From NCBI GenBank assembly GCA_009886755.1, contig QXYU01000038.1, positions 88,000-151,999 on the forward strand: a DNA stretch of 64,000 nucleotides, read 5' to 3'. Positions 56,318-64,000 of the stretch are shown piece by piece. The translations under genes and the position numbers were made by a program. The notes below the pieces were generated by a model. The model was not told where the DNA came from. It saw only the letters and a program-made list of their open reading frames with translations, and ran no database searches. Origin of the DNA: Flavobacteriaceae bacterium. GTDB taxonomy: Bacteria > Bacteroidota > Bacteroidia > Flavobacteriales > Flavobacteriaceae. The stretch's first letter is position 1. Every line of letters begins with the position of its first letter.

Positions 56318-57091
56318 TTAATAGGAAGTGAGCTTGAAGTTCATGTTTTTATAAACCTCTTCGGTTTTAATAACATTAAACTTTTCGAGGTTCCAAGGCT
56401 TTCGCTCGTCTTGCCACCCTTTGTAAGTTCTTCTATTTTTCATTCTTTCTTCAAAATTATTCATATACTCGATTCTGTTCTTGTCGATCAGAATGGTGAG
56501 GTAGTCTGCATCTTTGCCTCCAAAAATATTTCTAAAAACGGCAATATGATAGGTTAGTCCGATTTTCTTATCCAAATCGTTGGCTGCTTTTCTAAATGTT
56601 TCAAACTCGCCTTGGGCGTTCATGGCAACGTTGACAAAAGAAAATCTTCGGTAGCTCAATTCATCTTTTGCTTCTCGAGAGAGTTTTGACCAGTTATCCA
56701 TTTGACTTAATTCCGGCACATATTCCCAAACAGATGCTTCTTTGGGATCAGTGATCGCATTGAATTCCTGAAGCAAATTAGGGTCTCCGGGTTTTTCTCC
56801 AATTTTCTGAACAATTTCAGCATTTTTGCCTTCTTGTTTTTTCATGGTTTTGACCATGTCTTCCAAATCATCATACCATTGGACAAAATACACCCCTTTA
56901 CTGCCCCATCCTTTGTGGTGCATGCTGATTCCATTGGCGTCACCCATGACGGCTTTGACGCCGCCAAACCAGTTTTGCCCTATTTGGGCCATATTTTCTT
57001 TGTTGGGTGTCTCTGCTTCAAAGAGCCCCATGATCTGACCATAGGAAAGATTTGCGGCCAATACGAATAGTAAGAAAGATATTTTTTTCAT
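56318..57091 (-). CDS. hypothetical secreted protein
   Basis: 257 aa with signal peptide LLFVLAANLSYGQ. No family is recognised. Confidence 0.6.
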   Translation of the reverse strand: MKKISFLLFVLAANLSYGQIMGLFEAETPNKENMAQIGQNWFGGVKAVMGDANGISMHHKGWGSKGVYFVQWYDDLEDMVKTMKKQEGKNAEIVQKIGEKPGDPNLLQEFNAITDPKEASVWEYVPELSQMDNWSKLSREAKDELSYRRFSFVNVAMNAQGEFETFRKAANDLDKKIGLTYHIAVFRNIFGGKDADYLTILIDKNRIEYMNNFEERMKNRRTYKGWQDERKPWNLEKFNVIKTEEVYKNMNFKLTSY

Positions 57092-57261
57092 GTTTAAATT
57101 AGTTTATGGTTTTTGTCAAGATACAAAATCATGCGGAACCATTGCTGTTGAAAAAACAGGACACATTCTTTAATTTAGAAACGAGGGTGTGCGGGTCAAT
57201 TTGAAAATACGAACCTCATCATTGTACTTTAAAAACAGACATGAAGCCAATGATCGGCAGC

Positions 57262-57489
57262 CTATTTATTTTCTATTTTGTCGTTGTCTTCCTTCTCCTT
57301 TTTATGAAGTAAAAACTCAAGGGTGCCGTCAATATTATCGCCGCGTAACGTGTCAATTAAAATTTGCATTTTTTCCACATCAAAATTTTCAGGAACTGTT
57401 ATATCCACCTTTATCATTTGAGGAAAGCGAACCGTTACACAGGATGTAAATCCAACAAGAACCAAGGTTAAAAGGATTATTTTTTTCAT
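57262..57489 (-). CDS. small hypothetical lipoprotein
   Basis: The internal ATG at 57489 gives MKKIILLTLVLVGFTSCVTV (lipobox), 75 aa in total. The track's upstream extension lacks signal features. Confidence 0.45.
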   Translation of the reverse strand: MKKIILLTLVLVGFTSCVTVRFPQMIKVDITVPENFDVEKMQILIDTLRGDNIDGTLEFLLHKKEKEDNDKIENK

Positions 57490-57574
57490 TTTAATTGTTT
57501 TATAGTTACTCCCTGAAAATACGAAATCCATTTCAACTCAAATTCTCGAAACAAACAGGAAATTGGGTTAGAAA

Positions 57575-58120
57575 TCACTCAATTGAAAGAAGCTGAGAAA
57601 AGATTTTTTGATCGCGAATAGTTACGATATAAAGCCGTCCATTGAGACTATCGGGGATCTCCGGATAGCGTTCTTGCTGAAGTATTTTATTGGCCAATTG
57701 AGGGGTGGTGTTGCTGTGTCCAACAATAAGAACTGTTTTTCCATGATTGGCTTTCGCAAAATCTTTGTTATAAAGCTTTTTTGAGTCGTAGTAGGTGATG
57801 GGGAGATTGCGCTCTTTTGAAATAGGAAGGGCTGTTTCAAATGTTCGATGGTAGGCGGTTGAATAGATCACATCAAAAGGAATGTGTTTTAAAACCTCTT
57901 TCCAGCGTTCGGCTCTTTGGAGCCCCAATTCGGTTAGATGCGGGTTAGGGTTTTCGGGGTTGTTTCTATTCTTTTCGGCATGGCGAATTAAATAGTAATT
58001 GGTTTGTTCTTGTGCCAGTACAAAAGGGCCCATCAGCAAGACAACCAGCAAAAGGCATTGCATTAAGGACTGTTTGTTGAAAAAACGGAGTACACTTTTA
58101 GATAGAAACATACGTAACAA
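57575..58120 (-). CDS. histidine phosphatase (SixA/PGM-like) family protein, secreted
   Basis: 181 aa with catalytic RH motif YYLIRHAEKNR and a second His in LIVGHSNTTP. It has an N-terminal hydrophobic signal. Confidence 0.8.
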   Translation of the reverse strand: MLRMFLSKSVLRFFNKQSLMQCLLLVVLLMGPFVLAQEQTNYYLIRHAEKNRNNPENPNPHLTELGLQRAERWKEVLKHIPFDVIYSTAYHRTFETALPISKERNLPITYYDSKKLYNKDFAKANHGKTVLIVGHSNTTPQLANKILQQERYPEIPDSLNGRLYIVTIRDQKIFSQLLSIE

Positions 58121-58156
58121 GATAAGGGTTTGTCAAAAGTTTCTTTGAAGATTGAT

Positions 58157-58184
58157 AAAAAAACCCTCCACAAGGGAGGGTTTT
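58157..58184 (-). terminator. intrinsic terminator
   Basis: A7-CCCTCC-ACAAG-GGAGGG-T4 lies 8 nt after the stop of gene 58192-58926. The reverse strand carries the T7 tail. Confidence 0.8.
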
Positions 58185-58191
58185 AATGAGT

Positions 58192-58926
58192 TTATCGAAG
58201 GGAGATATGCTTTTTGAGAAGCACTCTGTATTTCAAATCGCGAAGCTTGAGCATGTTTTGGTATTGTTTGCTAGCATCGGAAATATTAGTTCCCATAAAT
58301 GATTTGAGGAAGTCGGAGTGGCTTGCGTACCAGTCAACAGTGATATGCGTGTGGGAAATATCGGTTCCATAGTCATCAATTCTTCGAGCAAAATCCCAAC
58401 CGACACGCTTGTCTGCTTTGGGAATACTTTTAGTTCCATTGATTTCTGCGCTTTCATAGGACTTCCACTTGTCTCCTTTCAGTTTGATGACATTAAATGC
58501 CATAAATTTTGGGACTTGATCGGCATCTGATTTGCGTACTTGAGCTAAGCCAACATATTTCACAACGCCGACAATTTCTCTGACTTTTCTCAAATCATCA
58601 CCTCTCATATTCCAATCTCTTTTCGTCAGACTCTCTGGCCACTTGGGCTGAAAAGCATCAATTTTTTCTTGCATGTCCACGTCATAAATAGTTGTGAAAA
58701 TGTGGGTAAAACTCTCACTGGGATTGTCCACCACTTTCCAAACATCCCAACCTACTATGATTCCGGCATCCAATCGTTGTTGATGGGTGTTGGAAAAAAC
58801 ACTTTTGATGTAGTCGTCATAGGCTTGAATGTCGTGCGCTTTGATGTAGGTGTTTTCATAAACGAATGTTTGAGAAAAAACATTGATTGTTACGAGTAGG
58901 GCAAATAATAAAGTGAATTTCTTCAT
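58192..58926 (-). CDS. hypothetical secreted protein
   Basis: 244 aa with signal peptide LLFALLVTINVFSQ. No family is recognised. Confidence 0.6.
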   Translation of the reverse strand: MKKFTLLFALLVTINVFSQTFVYENTYIKAHDIQAYDDYIKSVFSNTHQQRLDAGIIVGWDVWKVVDNPSESFTHIFTTIYDVDMQEKIDAFQPKWPESLTKRDWNMRGDDLRKVREIVGVVKYVGLAQVRKSDADQVPKFMAFNVIKLKGDKWKSYESAEINGTKSIPKADKRVGWDFARRIDDYGTDISHTHITVDWYASHSDFLKSFMGTNISDASKQYQNMLKLRDLKYRVLLKKHISLR

Positions 58927-59002
58927 TGTATTGGTTTTATGGTTTGGGCAACAAATTACAAAATCATTTAGAAAATCTAAACCTAGAATGTGAGAGGGTG
59001 GG

Positions 59003-59710
59003 CTAAAACCCCGAATGGGTAATCTCTTGTCGTATTTCTTGAACGTGCGCTAGATAATCATCCAGCAAGTAGAGTTTTATTCTCATTTTATTTTCTTTGA
59101 ATTGGAGTTTGGAGATCAATACTTCATCTTTTCGAATATTACGTACTAAAGGGATTAGCTTTTCTAAAGAAATATCTTTTCTACTGGAGAGTTGATTGTA
59201 AAACCTAGGGTGGTTTTCAGTTAAGTAAAAAATGATGTTATCTAAATAAATTCCCTCAGAGGTGATGTTTCCCATCATATATTCATAGTCTGTCTGATAT
59301 AACTTATTGAGTAAAATTTTCAATTGATCCGACTGGATGTATTTGAATAGTCCTTCGCTGACGATGGAGTTGTAGATGTCTCGAGGCGGGCTGAAGTATC
59401 GCATATCGAAAAGCGCGGTTTTCATATGAGAAGGTTTTTTCACATCCTCCTTCAAGGCCTCAAAATCAGTACGTGAGCTGGTGATGAAGTTGATGATACG
59501 ATAGTCTTTGCCAAAAAAAATACGCCGTTTTTCAAGCTGCTTTAACTGGTCTTCAAATTCTATTTTTAGCTCGCCTAATAATTGAATTTCTTTCTTGGAC
59601 TCCCATTGTTCATCTCGAAAACTTTCCACGAAATAGGAGGTTGTGATCCCCAATACAATGACAACAAACTCAATCAAGTATTTGGTCAAAAGGTTTTTCC
59701 AGTTAGACAT
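59003..59710 (-). CDS. hypothetical single-pass membrane protein (DUF6090-like architecture, unverified)
   Basis: 235 aa with an N-terminal TM helix YLIEFVVIVLGITTSYFV followed by a helical soluble region. The resemblance to a Bacteroidota DUF is from memory only. Confidence 0.55.
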   Translation of the reverse strand: MSNWKNLLTKYLIEFVVIVLGITTSYFVESFRDEQWESKKEIQLLGELKIEFEDQLKQLEKRRIFFGKDYRIINFITSSRTDFEALKEDVKKPSHMKTALFDMRYFSPPRDIYNSIVSEGLFKYIQSDQLKILLNKLYQTDYEYMMGNITSEGIYLDNIIFYLTENHPRFYNQLSSRKDISLEKLIPLVRNIRKDEVLISKLQFKENKMRIKLYLLDDYLAHVQEIRQEITHSGF

Positions 59711-59841
59711 TTATGGTTATTTATTTCCTCTAATATACCGCACATACGGCTTTATTAAAAATTTGAGCCAGATCTAATAAATGTTTGTAAAGCACAATGT
59801 TGTTTAATTAAACACTATATTGTCTAAACAAAAATCAATCG

Positions 59842-60660
59842 ATGCGTTATTTCAAGTATATTTTCTTAGTCCTTTGCCTCCCTTTTTTAGTGTTTTACAC
59901 CGATGGGATTCCCCAAGACTTTCAGGGGAAAGCCTACTATTTTTCGAAATCTAAAATGGAGTTGGGCGCATGGGGCTCTCGAATGAGTGAAGCGCAAAAA
60001 AAACAAATCAAAAATCGACTCAAAAACCGATTGGAAAAAACCTATATCCTAACCTTTAATACCTCTGAGTCTTTGTTTACAGAGGAAGTGAAAGTGGATG
60101 CCATTTCTGGAGCAACAGATTCTTGGGGGGATAATTTTTCCAGAGGAAAGCAGTATAAGAATGTAGCGGAGAATCGTCTGATTCAGGCCCAGGAATTTTA
60201 TGGCAAACGTTTCTTGGTCAAGGATGAACTGCAATCCATCGAATGGAAAATGGGCACAGAAGCAAAGCAAATAGGTGGTTATACATGCTTTAAGGCTACT
60301 GCGGTGTTACCCTCCACGGAGTTGGCTTGGTTTGATTTTTCATGGGGTGATTTGAGTCAAAATGCTTCCAACACACAAGCCGAAGAAATAAAACTAACAC
60401 CTATAGAAGCTTGGTACACCCTGCAAATTCCAGTAAAGCATGGTCCGGCGGAATTTTGGGGCTTGCCAGGACTCATTTTAGAAGTTAGCGCTGGGAACAC
60501 TACAATACTATGTTCTGAGATTATTGTAAATCCCAAAGATCGAGCGCTAATTGCGGCTCCGGACAAGGGAAAAGAAATCACCAAAATTGAATATAGATCA
60601 ACAATTATAGAGAAAATGACAGAAATGCGAAATAACCGTGGTCGCCGCCGTCGTAGTTAA
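59842..60660 (+). CDS. GLPGLI-family protein
   Basis: 272 aa with a signal peptide. The family-defining motif is present as FWGLPGLILEV. Confidence 0.88.
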   Translation: MRYFKYIFLVLCLPFLVFYTDGIPQDFQGKAYYFSKSKMELGAWGSRMSEAQKKQIKNRLKNRLEKTYILTFNTSESLFTEEVKVDAISGATDSWGDNFSRGKQYKNVAENRLIQAQEFYGKRFLVKDELQSIEWKMGTEAKQIGGYTCFKATAVLPSTELAWFDFSWGDLSQNASNTQAEEIKLTPIEAWYTLQIPVKHGPAEFWGLPGLILEVSAGNTTILCSEIIVNPKDRALIAAPDKGKEITKIEYRSTIIEKMTEMRNNRGRRRRS

Positions 60661-60696
60661 TTTTTCAGTTTTATAACCCATTATGCGCTTTTCTCG

Positions 60697-63405
60697 ATGA
60701 AAAAAAGGCTCTTTTTCCTAATTCTATTTTCTGGCTTGTGGACCCAAGCTCAAGAACTTCGTTTGCAAGGCACCGTCCGGGACAGTTTGGAACAGCCCTT
60801 AGAAGCGGCAAGCCTTGTGGCAATAAATAAAGCGTCCAATGCATTAGATTCCTATATTATCACAGGCTCTGATGGGAAATATACTCTGAAATTAAAGAAA
60901 AACACCTCCTACAAGATACAGGTCAGCGCATTGGGTTTGCAAACAATCAATGACAGTCTTACAACCGGAGGGGAGAACCTAGACCGCGACTATGAACTTC
61001 GAGCAGATATTGTATTGGATGAGGTGGTTGTTAAAATACCAGTTTTGATCCGGGGCGACACACTTATCTATGATGCCGATTCTTTCAAAAATGGCTCCGA
61101 ACGAAAACTGGAAGACATCATTGACAAACTTCCTGGGGTAGAAATTAATGACAATGGTCAAATCGAAGTTGAAGGGAAAGTTGTCAATAAATTAATGGTC
61201 AATGGAAAAGAGTTTTTTGAAGGCGACACCAAAATTGCAACCAAAAACATACCCTCCAGTACGGTCGACAAGATCCAAGTATTGAAAAATTATGGCAATG
61301 TGGGGCAGTTGCGAGGCGTTCGAAACAATCAAGACAATGTGGCGATTAACATCAAACTAAAGCAAGGGAAAGAACGCTTTTGGTTTGGAAATGTGACCAC
61401 TGGTGCTGGAAATGCGCCCAAAGAAGGGCTTTATCTTCTTCAACCCAAGTTGTTTTATTATAGTCCTAAATACAGCATCAATTTTATTGGGGACTTTAAC
61501 AATATAGGTGAGGTGGCCTTGTCTCGAAGGGATATTCGGGGCTTTACGGGAGGCACGCGTTCGCCTAGCCAACAAAGTGGGACGAGTATCAATTTAGGAG
61601 ATAACGGTCTGAATTTTTTGACCAATCAACAAGATGCTTTGAGAATTGAAAACAAACTGGGCACTGCGAATTTTAATTATTCTCCGAATCCAAATCTCGA
61701 CTTTACGGGATTTTTAATTTTCAATTCAAGTCTGATTGACTCCAAAGAAAACAGCTTTATCCGTTATGCCGATGTAGGACTTGAACTACCCGATGAGTCT
61801 ACAGAATTGACAAGCAACGAGCGATCCAATCAGGGGCTATTGAAGCTGAGTGCGTCCTATAAGCCCAACTATAACAACCAGATTGATTACGATGTTTTGA
61901 TACGCGCTGCGGACGATCGGCAAGAACAAAATGTGTTCTCTTCCATTCTTGGGAAAACAGCTCAAGTAGAAGAGGTCAGTCCTTTTTCTATCAACCAAAA
62001 TTTGAATTATTATTTCACCCTAAACGAGAACCACATTTTTGCGTTTGAGGCGCAGCATTTGATCAAAAATGAGGATCCATTTTACAATGCAGTTTTAGAA
62101 AACGATCCTATTGGAGATGATGTGTTTGACTCAACGGCCATGGCACTTGGAATCAATACGTTGCAGTCAGAGTACCAATTGGGACAAAACAGAAAAATCT
62201 TCTCCAACCAATTGGACGCGAAGCTGGATTACTACTATATCATCAGCCCCAAAAGCAATCTTAACATGACCTTGGGGACGATATTGAGTCATCAATCTTT
62301 TGACTCGTCCATTTTTCAATATTTGACAGATAGTTCTACATTTACACCTACTCCTTCAATTAACAAAGGTCTTGTCAATAATGACGTGACTTATAATTTC
62401 AGTGATCTCTATTTGGGGGCACATTACCGATTCAGAACGGGAAAGTTTACCTTTTCTCCGGGTTTTTCTATTCATTCCTATGGGAATAAAAACAGTCAAT
62501 TCAACACGCTGATTGAAGATCATTTCATTCGATTTTTACCCGATTTTGAAATGCGGATCCAGCTAAAAAAGAGCGAGTCTCTAACCCTAAATTATCGAAT
62601 GGAAAATCAATTCACGGACGTTACGCGTTTGGCTCAAGGATTGGTGCTAAATAACTATAACAGTATCCAGTACGGAGCGCCGGATTTGCAAAATGCTTTG
62701 GCACATAAGGCTAGTTTGCTCTACAGTAGTTTTAATTTATTCAATTACACCAATGTCTTTGCTCGGGTGGCCTATACGAGTAATATTGATCAGATTCGCA
62801 ATTTGACCCGCTTTGATAATGTTGTTCGTACCAGTACTTTTTTCAATTCTAATTTTGCGGATGAGAACCTCAATGCTTTTGGACGCATCCAGCGTACTTT
62901 TGGGAAAATCAAAGCCAGTCTGAATACGGCCTTTAATTACAGCAAAATCAATCAGTTCATTCAGGGGAATCCATCGCTTAATGAAAGCTATACCCAAACC
63001 CTTTCACCAGGAATACGGACCAATTTTAAAGTGGCACCCAATGTAAGCCTTCGCTACCGCTATACAGTGGTAAATAATGACCAAGGAAGTCGAAAGACGA
63101 AATTTATTGTGCAGTCTCCCTCGATAGAATTTGACGCCTATATATTGAAAAAAATCACTTTGGTGTCAAACTACAGCTATACACGTCAGGATTTAGGAAC
63201 GGATACACAGTCATTTCAAAATTGGGATGCAGGGATTTCGTATCGTAGAGATAAAGATGCCAAATGGGAATTTGAACTCAAAGCGTCCAATATCTTGAAT
63301 ATCGATGCGCAGGTACGCAATAGTGCAGACAACCTTTCGGTATTCAATGCTCAAACATTTATTCAGCCCCGATTTATCACCTTTAGGGGAGTGTACAACT
63401 TATGA
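60697..63405 (+). CDS. outer-membrane beta-barrel protein with CarboxypepD_reg-like N-domain (TonB-receptor-like)
   Basis: 902 aa with a signal peptide. The N-terminal regulatory-like domain is LRLQGTVRDS...SDGKYTL and the plug-like segment is DEVVVK...GDTLIYDADSF...LPGVEINDNGQIEVEGK. The rest is long, beta-rich and aromatic-rich, ending ...FRGVYNL. Confidence 0.85.
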   Translation: MKKRLFFLILFSGLWTQAQELRLQGTVRDSLEQPLEAASLVAINKASNALDSYIITGSDGKYTLKLKKNTSYKIQVSALGLQTINDSLTTGGENLDRDYELRADIVLDEVVVKIPVLIRGDTLIYDADSFKNGSERKLEDIIDKLPGVEINDNGQIEVEGKVVNKLMVNGKEFFEGDTKIATKNIPSSTVDKIQVLKNYGNVGQLRGVRNNQDNVAINIKLKQGKERFWFGNVTTGAGNAPKEGLYLLQPKLFYYSPKYSINFIGDFNNIGEVALSRRDIRGFTGGTRSPSQQSGTSINLGDNGLNFLTNQQDALRIENKLGTANFNYSPNPNLDFTGFLIFNSSLIDSKENSFIRYADVGLELPDESTELTSNERSNQGLLKLSASYKPNYNNQIDYDVLIRAADDRQEQNVFSSILGKTAQVEEVSPFSINQNLNYYFTLNENHIFAFEAQHLIKNEDPFYNAVLENDPIGDDVFDSTAMALGINTLQSEYQLGQNRKIFSNQLDAKLDYYYIISPKSNLNMTLGTILSHQSFDSSIFQYLTDSSTFTPTPSINKGLVNNDVTYNFSDLYLGAHYRFRTGKFTFSPGFSIHSYGNKNSQFNTLIEDHFIRFLPDFEMRIQLKKSESLTLNYRMENQFTDVTRLAQGLVLNNYNSIQYGAPDLQNALAHKASLLYSSFNLFNYTNVFARVAYTSNIDQIRNLTRFDNVVRTSTFFNSNFADENLNAFGRIQRTFGKIKASLNTAFNYSKINQFIQGNPSLNESYTQTLSPGIRTNFKVAPNVSLRYRYTVVNNDQGSRKTKFIVQSPSIEFDAYILKKITLVSNYSYTRQDLGTDTQSFQNWDAGISYRRDKDAKWEFELKASNILNIDAQVRNSADNLSVFNAQTFIQPRFITFRGVYNL

Positions 63406-64000
63406 TTTTAAGGATGCTAACAGCGATGTTGCGGCGAGTTTTCCCAGTGCATTGGATGCAAGGGGACTGGCACCGGTGATGAGTTTTCTGTCCACACATA
63501 CTGTATCGTCAGCCTTTTTATTGACCACAATGGCTCCGTATTCTTTAAGCCTTTCACTCAGCTTCTGTTTCATTTTCCCAGGCAAATACCCAATCATTGG
63601 AGTTTGGTTGTCGATAGAATCTGGAAAAACAGCCATTTTATAGCCTTCGTAGAGGAATTTTTGATTTTTGAGAGTAGTTGAGAATAAAGCGCCAGGACCA
63701 TGGCAGATACTGATGGTAAACAATTCATTTTCGTGGGCCCAACGTAAAGTTTTACTAACATTTTCATCTTCTGGAATTCCCAAAAGAGCTCCATGGCCAC
63801 CAGGAATAAATACGGCGGCATAGGAGGACACTTCTTTTGCGGCTGTCTTATAGAAGGCACCTAAAGCTGTTGGTTTTTCAAAGCGATCTTTTAGATCGTT
63901 ATAAATCCGTGTTACATGCTCGTCTTTCTTTGGAAAAGCCCACATTTCGAAAACAACCGGTTTACCGGTGGGTGTTGCGATTTCAAAATCAAAACCTGCA
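63400..64000 (-). CDS. hchA: glyoxalase III / Hsp31-type DJ-1/PfpI family protein (5-prime end runs off the window)
   Basis: The track ORF starts at M63945, but the frame stays open to the window edge (...AGFDFEIATPTGKPVVFEMWAFPKKDEHV). It is collinear with E. coli HchA as recalled (FIPGGHGALLG, ISICHGPGAL, DRKLITGASPLASNALGKLAA). Confidence 0.88.
   Translation of the reverse strand, partial: AGFDFEIATPTGKPVVFEMWAFPKKDEHVTRIYNDLKDRFEKPTALGAFYKTAAKEVSSYAAVFIPGGHGALLGIPEDENVSKTLRWAHENELFTISICHGPGALFSTTLKNQKFLYEGYKMAVFPDSIDNQTPMIGYLPGKMKQKLSERLKEYGAIVVNKKADDTVCVDRKLITGASPLASNALGKLAATSLLASLKS

Noticed and set aside
29997-58184. Recurrent AAAAACCCTC(C/T)-loop-(A/G)GAGGGTTTT hairpins at about 30000, 56272 and 58157, considered as a possible dispersed repeat element (REP/MITE-like).
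   Set aside because: Only the short stems are similar. The loops and flanks differ, and each hairpin sits exactly at a gene 3-prime end with A/T tracts. These are ordinary intrinsic terminators with a preferred stem sequence.
1-64000. A search for tRNA, rRNA, CRISPR arrays, IS elements, integrases, phage genes, toxin-antitoxin pairs or known defence-system genes.
   Set aside because: I saw no T-loop/acceptor-like tRNA signatures (such as GGTTCGAATCC-type motifs outside CDS), no spaced direct-repeat arrays, and no transposase, recombinase, nuclease or ATPase defence-type ORFs. The window reads as ordinary chromosomal metabolism and envelope genes.

Overview
This is a dense chromosomal segment that looks like Bacteroidota, probably Flavobacteriia- or Cytophagia-like. 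The evidence is a GLPGLI-family protein next to a CarboxypepD_reg outer-membrane barrel, a SusC-type plug fragment, many lipoprotein or Sec-signal proteins, and A/T-flanked CCCTCC/GGAGGG hairpin terminators. I can support about 61 protein-coding genes and one frameshifted pseudogene. I found no rRNA, tRNA, CRISPR array, transposase, integrase or phage genes, so this is core or accessory metabolism rather than a mobile island. The main modules, left to right, are: (1) a tandem M16 peptidase pair; (2) an operon of M20 amidohydrolase, secreted protein, BASS transporter, thiolase and a minimal SET-domain protein; (3) gntK-gnd-gluconolactonase plus an orphan pterin-4a-carbinolamine dehydratase; (4) a short-chain acyl-CoA module, HxlR-hbd-EamA-crt-acd-etfB-etfA, with a convergent thioesterase; (5) two paralogous ~1050-aa sortilin/BNR beta-propeller proteins; (6) a SulP plus beta-carbonic anhydrase pair; (7) a coiled-coil lipoprotein plus PR-1-like CAP protein pair; (8) several secreted NTF2-like proteins and other proteins of unknown function; (9) a DEAD-box helicase with an N-terminal RGG region and a DEFD motif II; (10) S9 peptidase, alpha/beta hydrolase and a penicillin/AHL-acylase homologue; (11) galE and glpK-glpD; (12) a tight five-gene operon of GntP permease, RidA, D-TA/DSD1-type PLP enzyme, M19 dipeptidase and an orphan PII protein, which is the best candidate here for an undescribed system, possibly a nitrogen-gated D-amino-acid or dipeptide catabolic unit; (13) GLPGLI plus OM barrel; (14) hchA, truncated at the right edge. 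All family calls come from motif recognition by eye. No database search was run.
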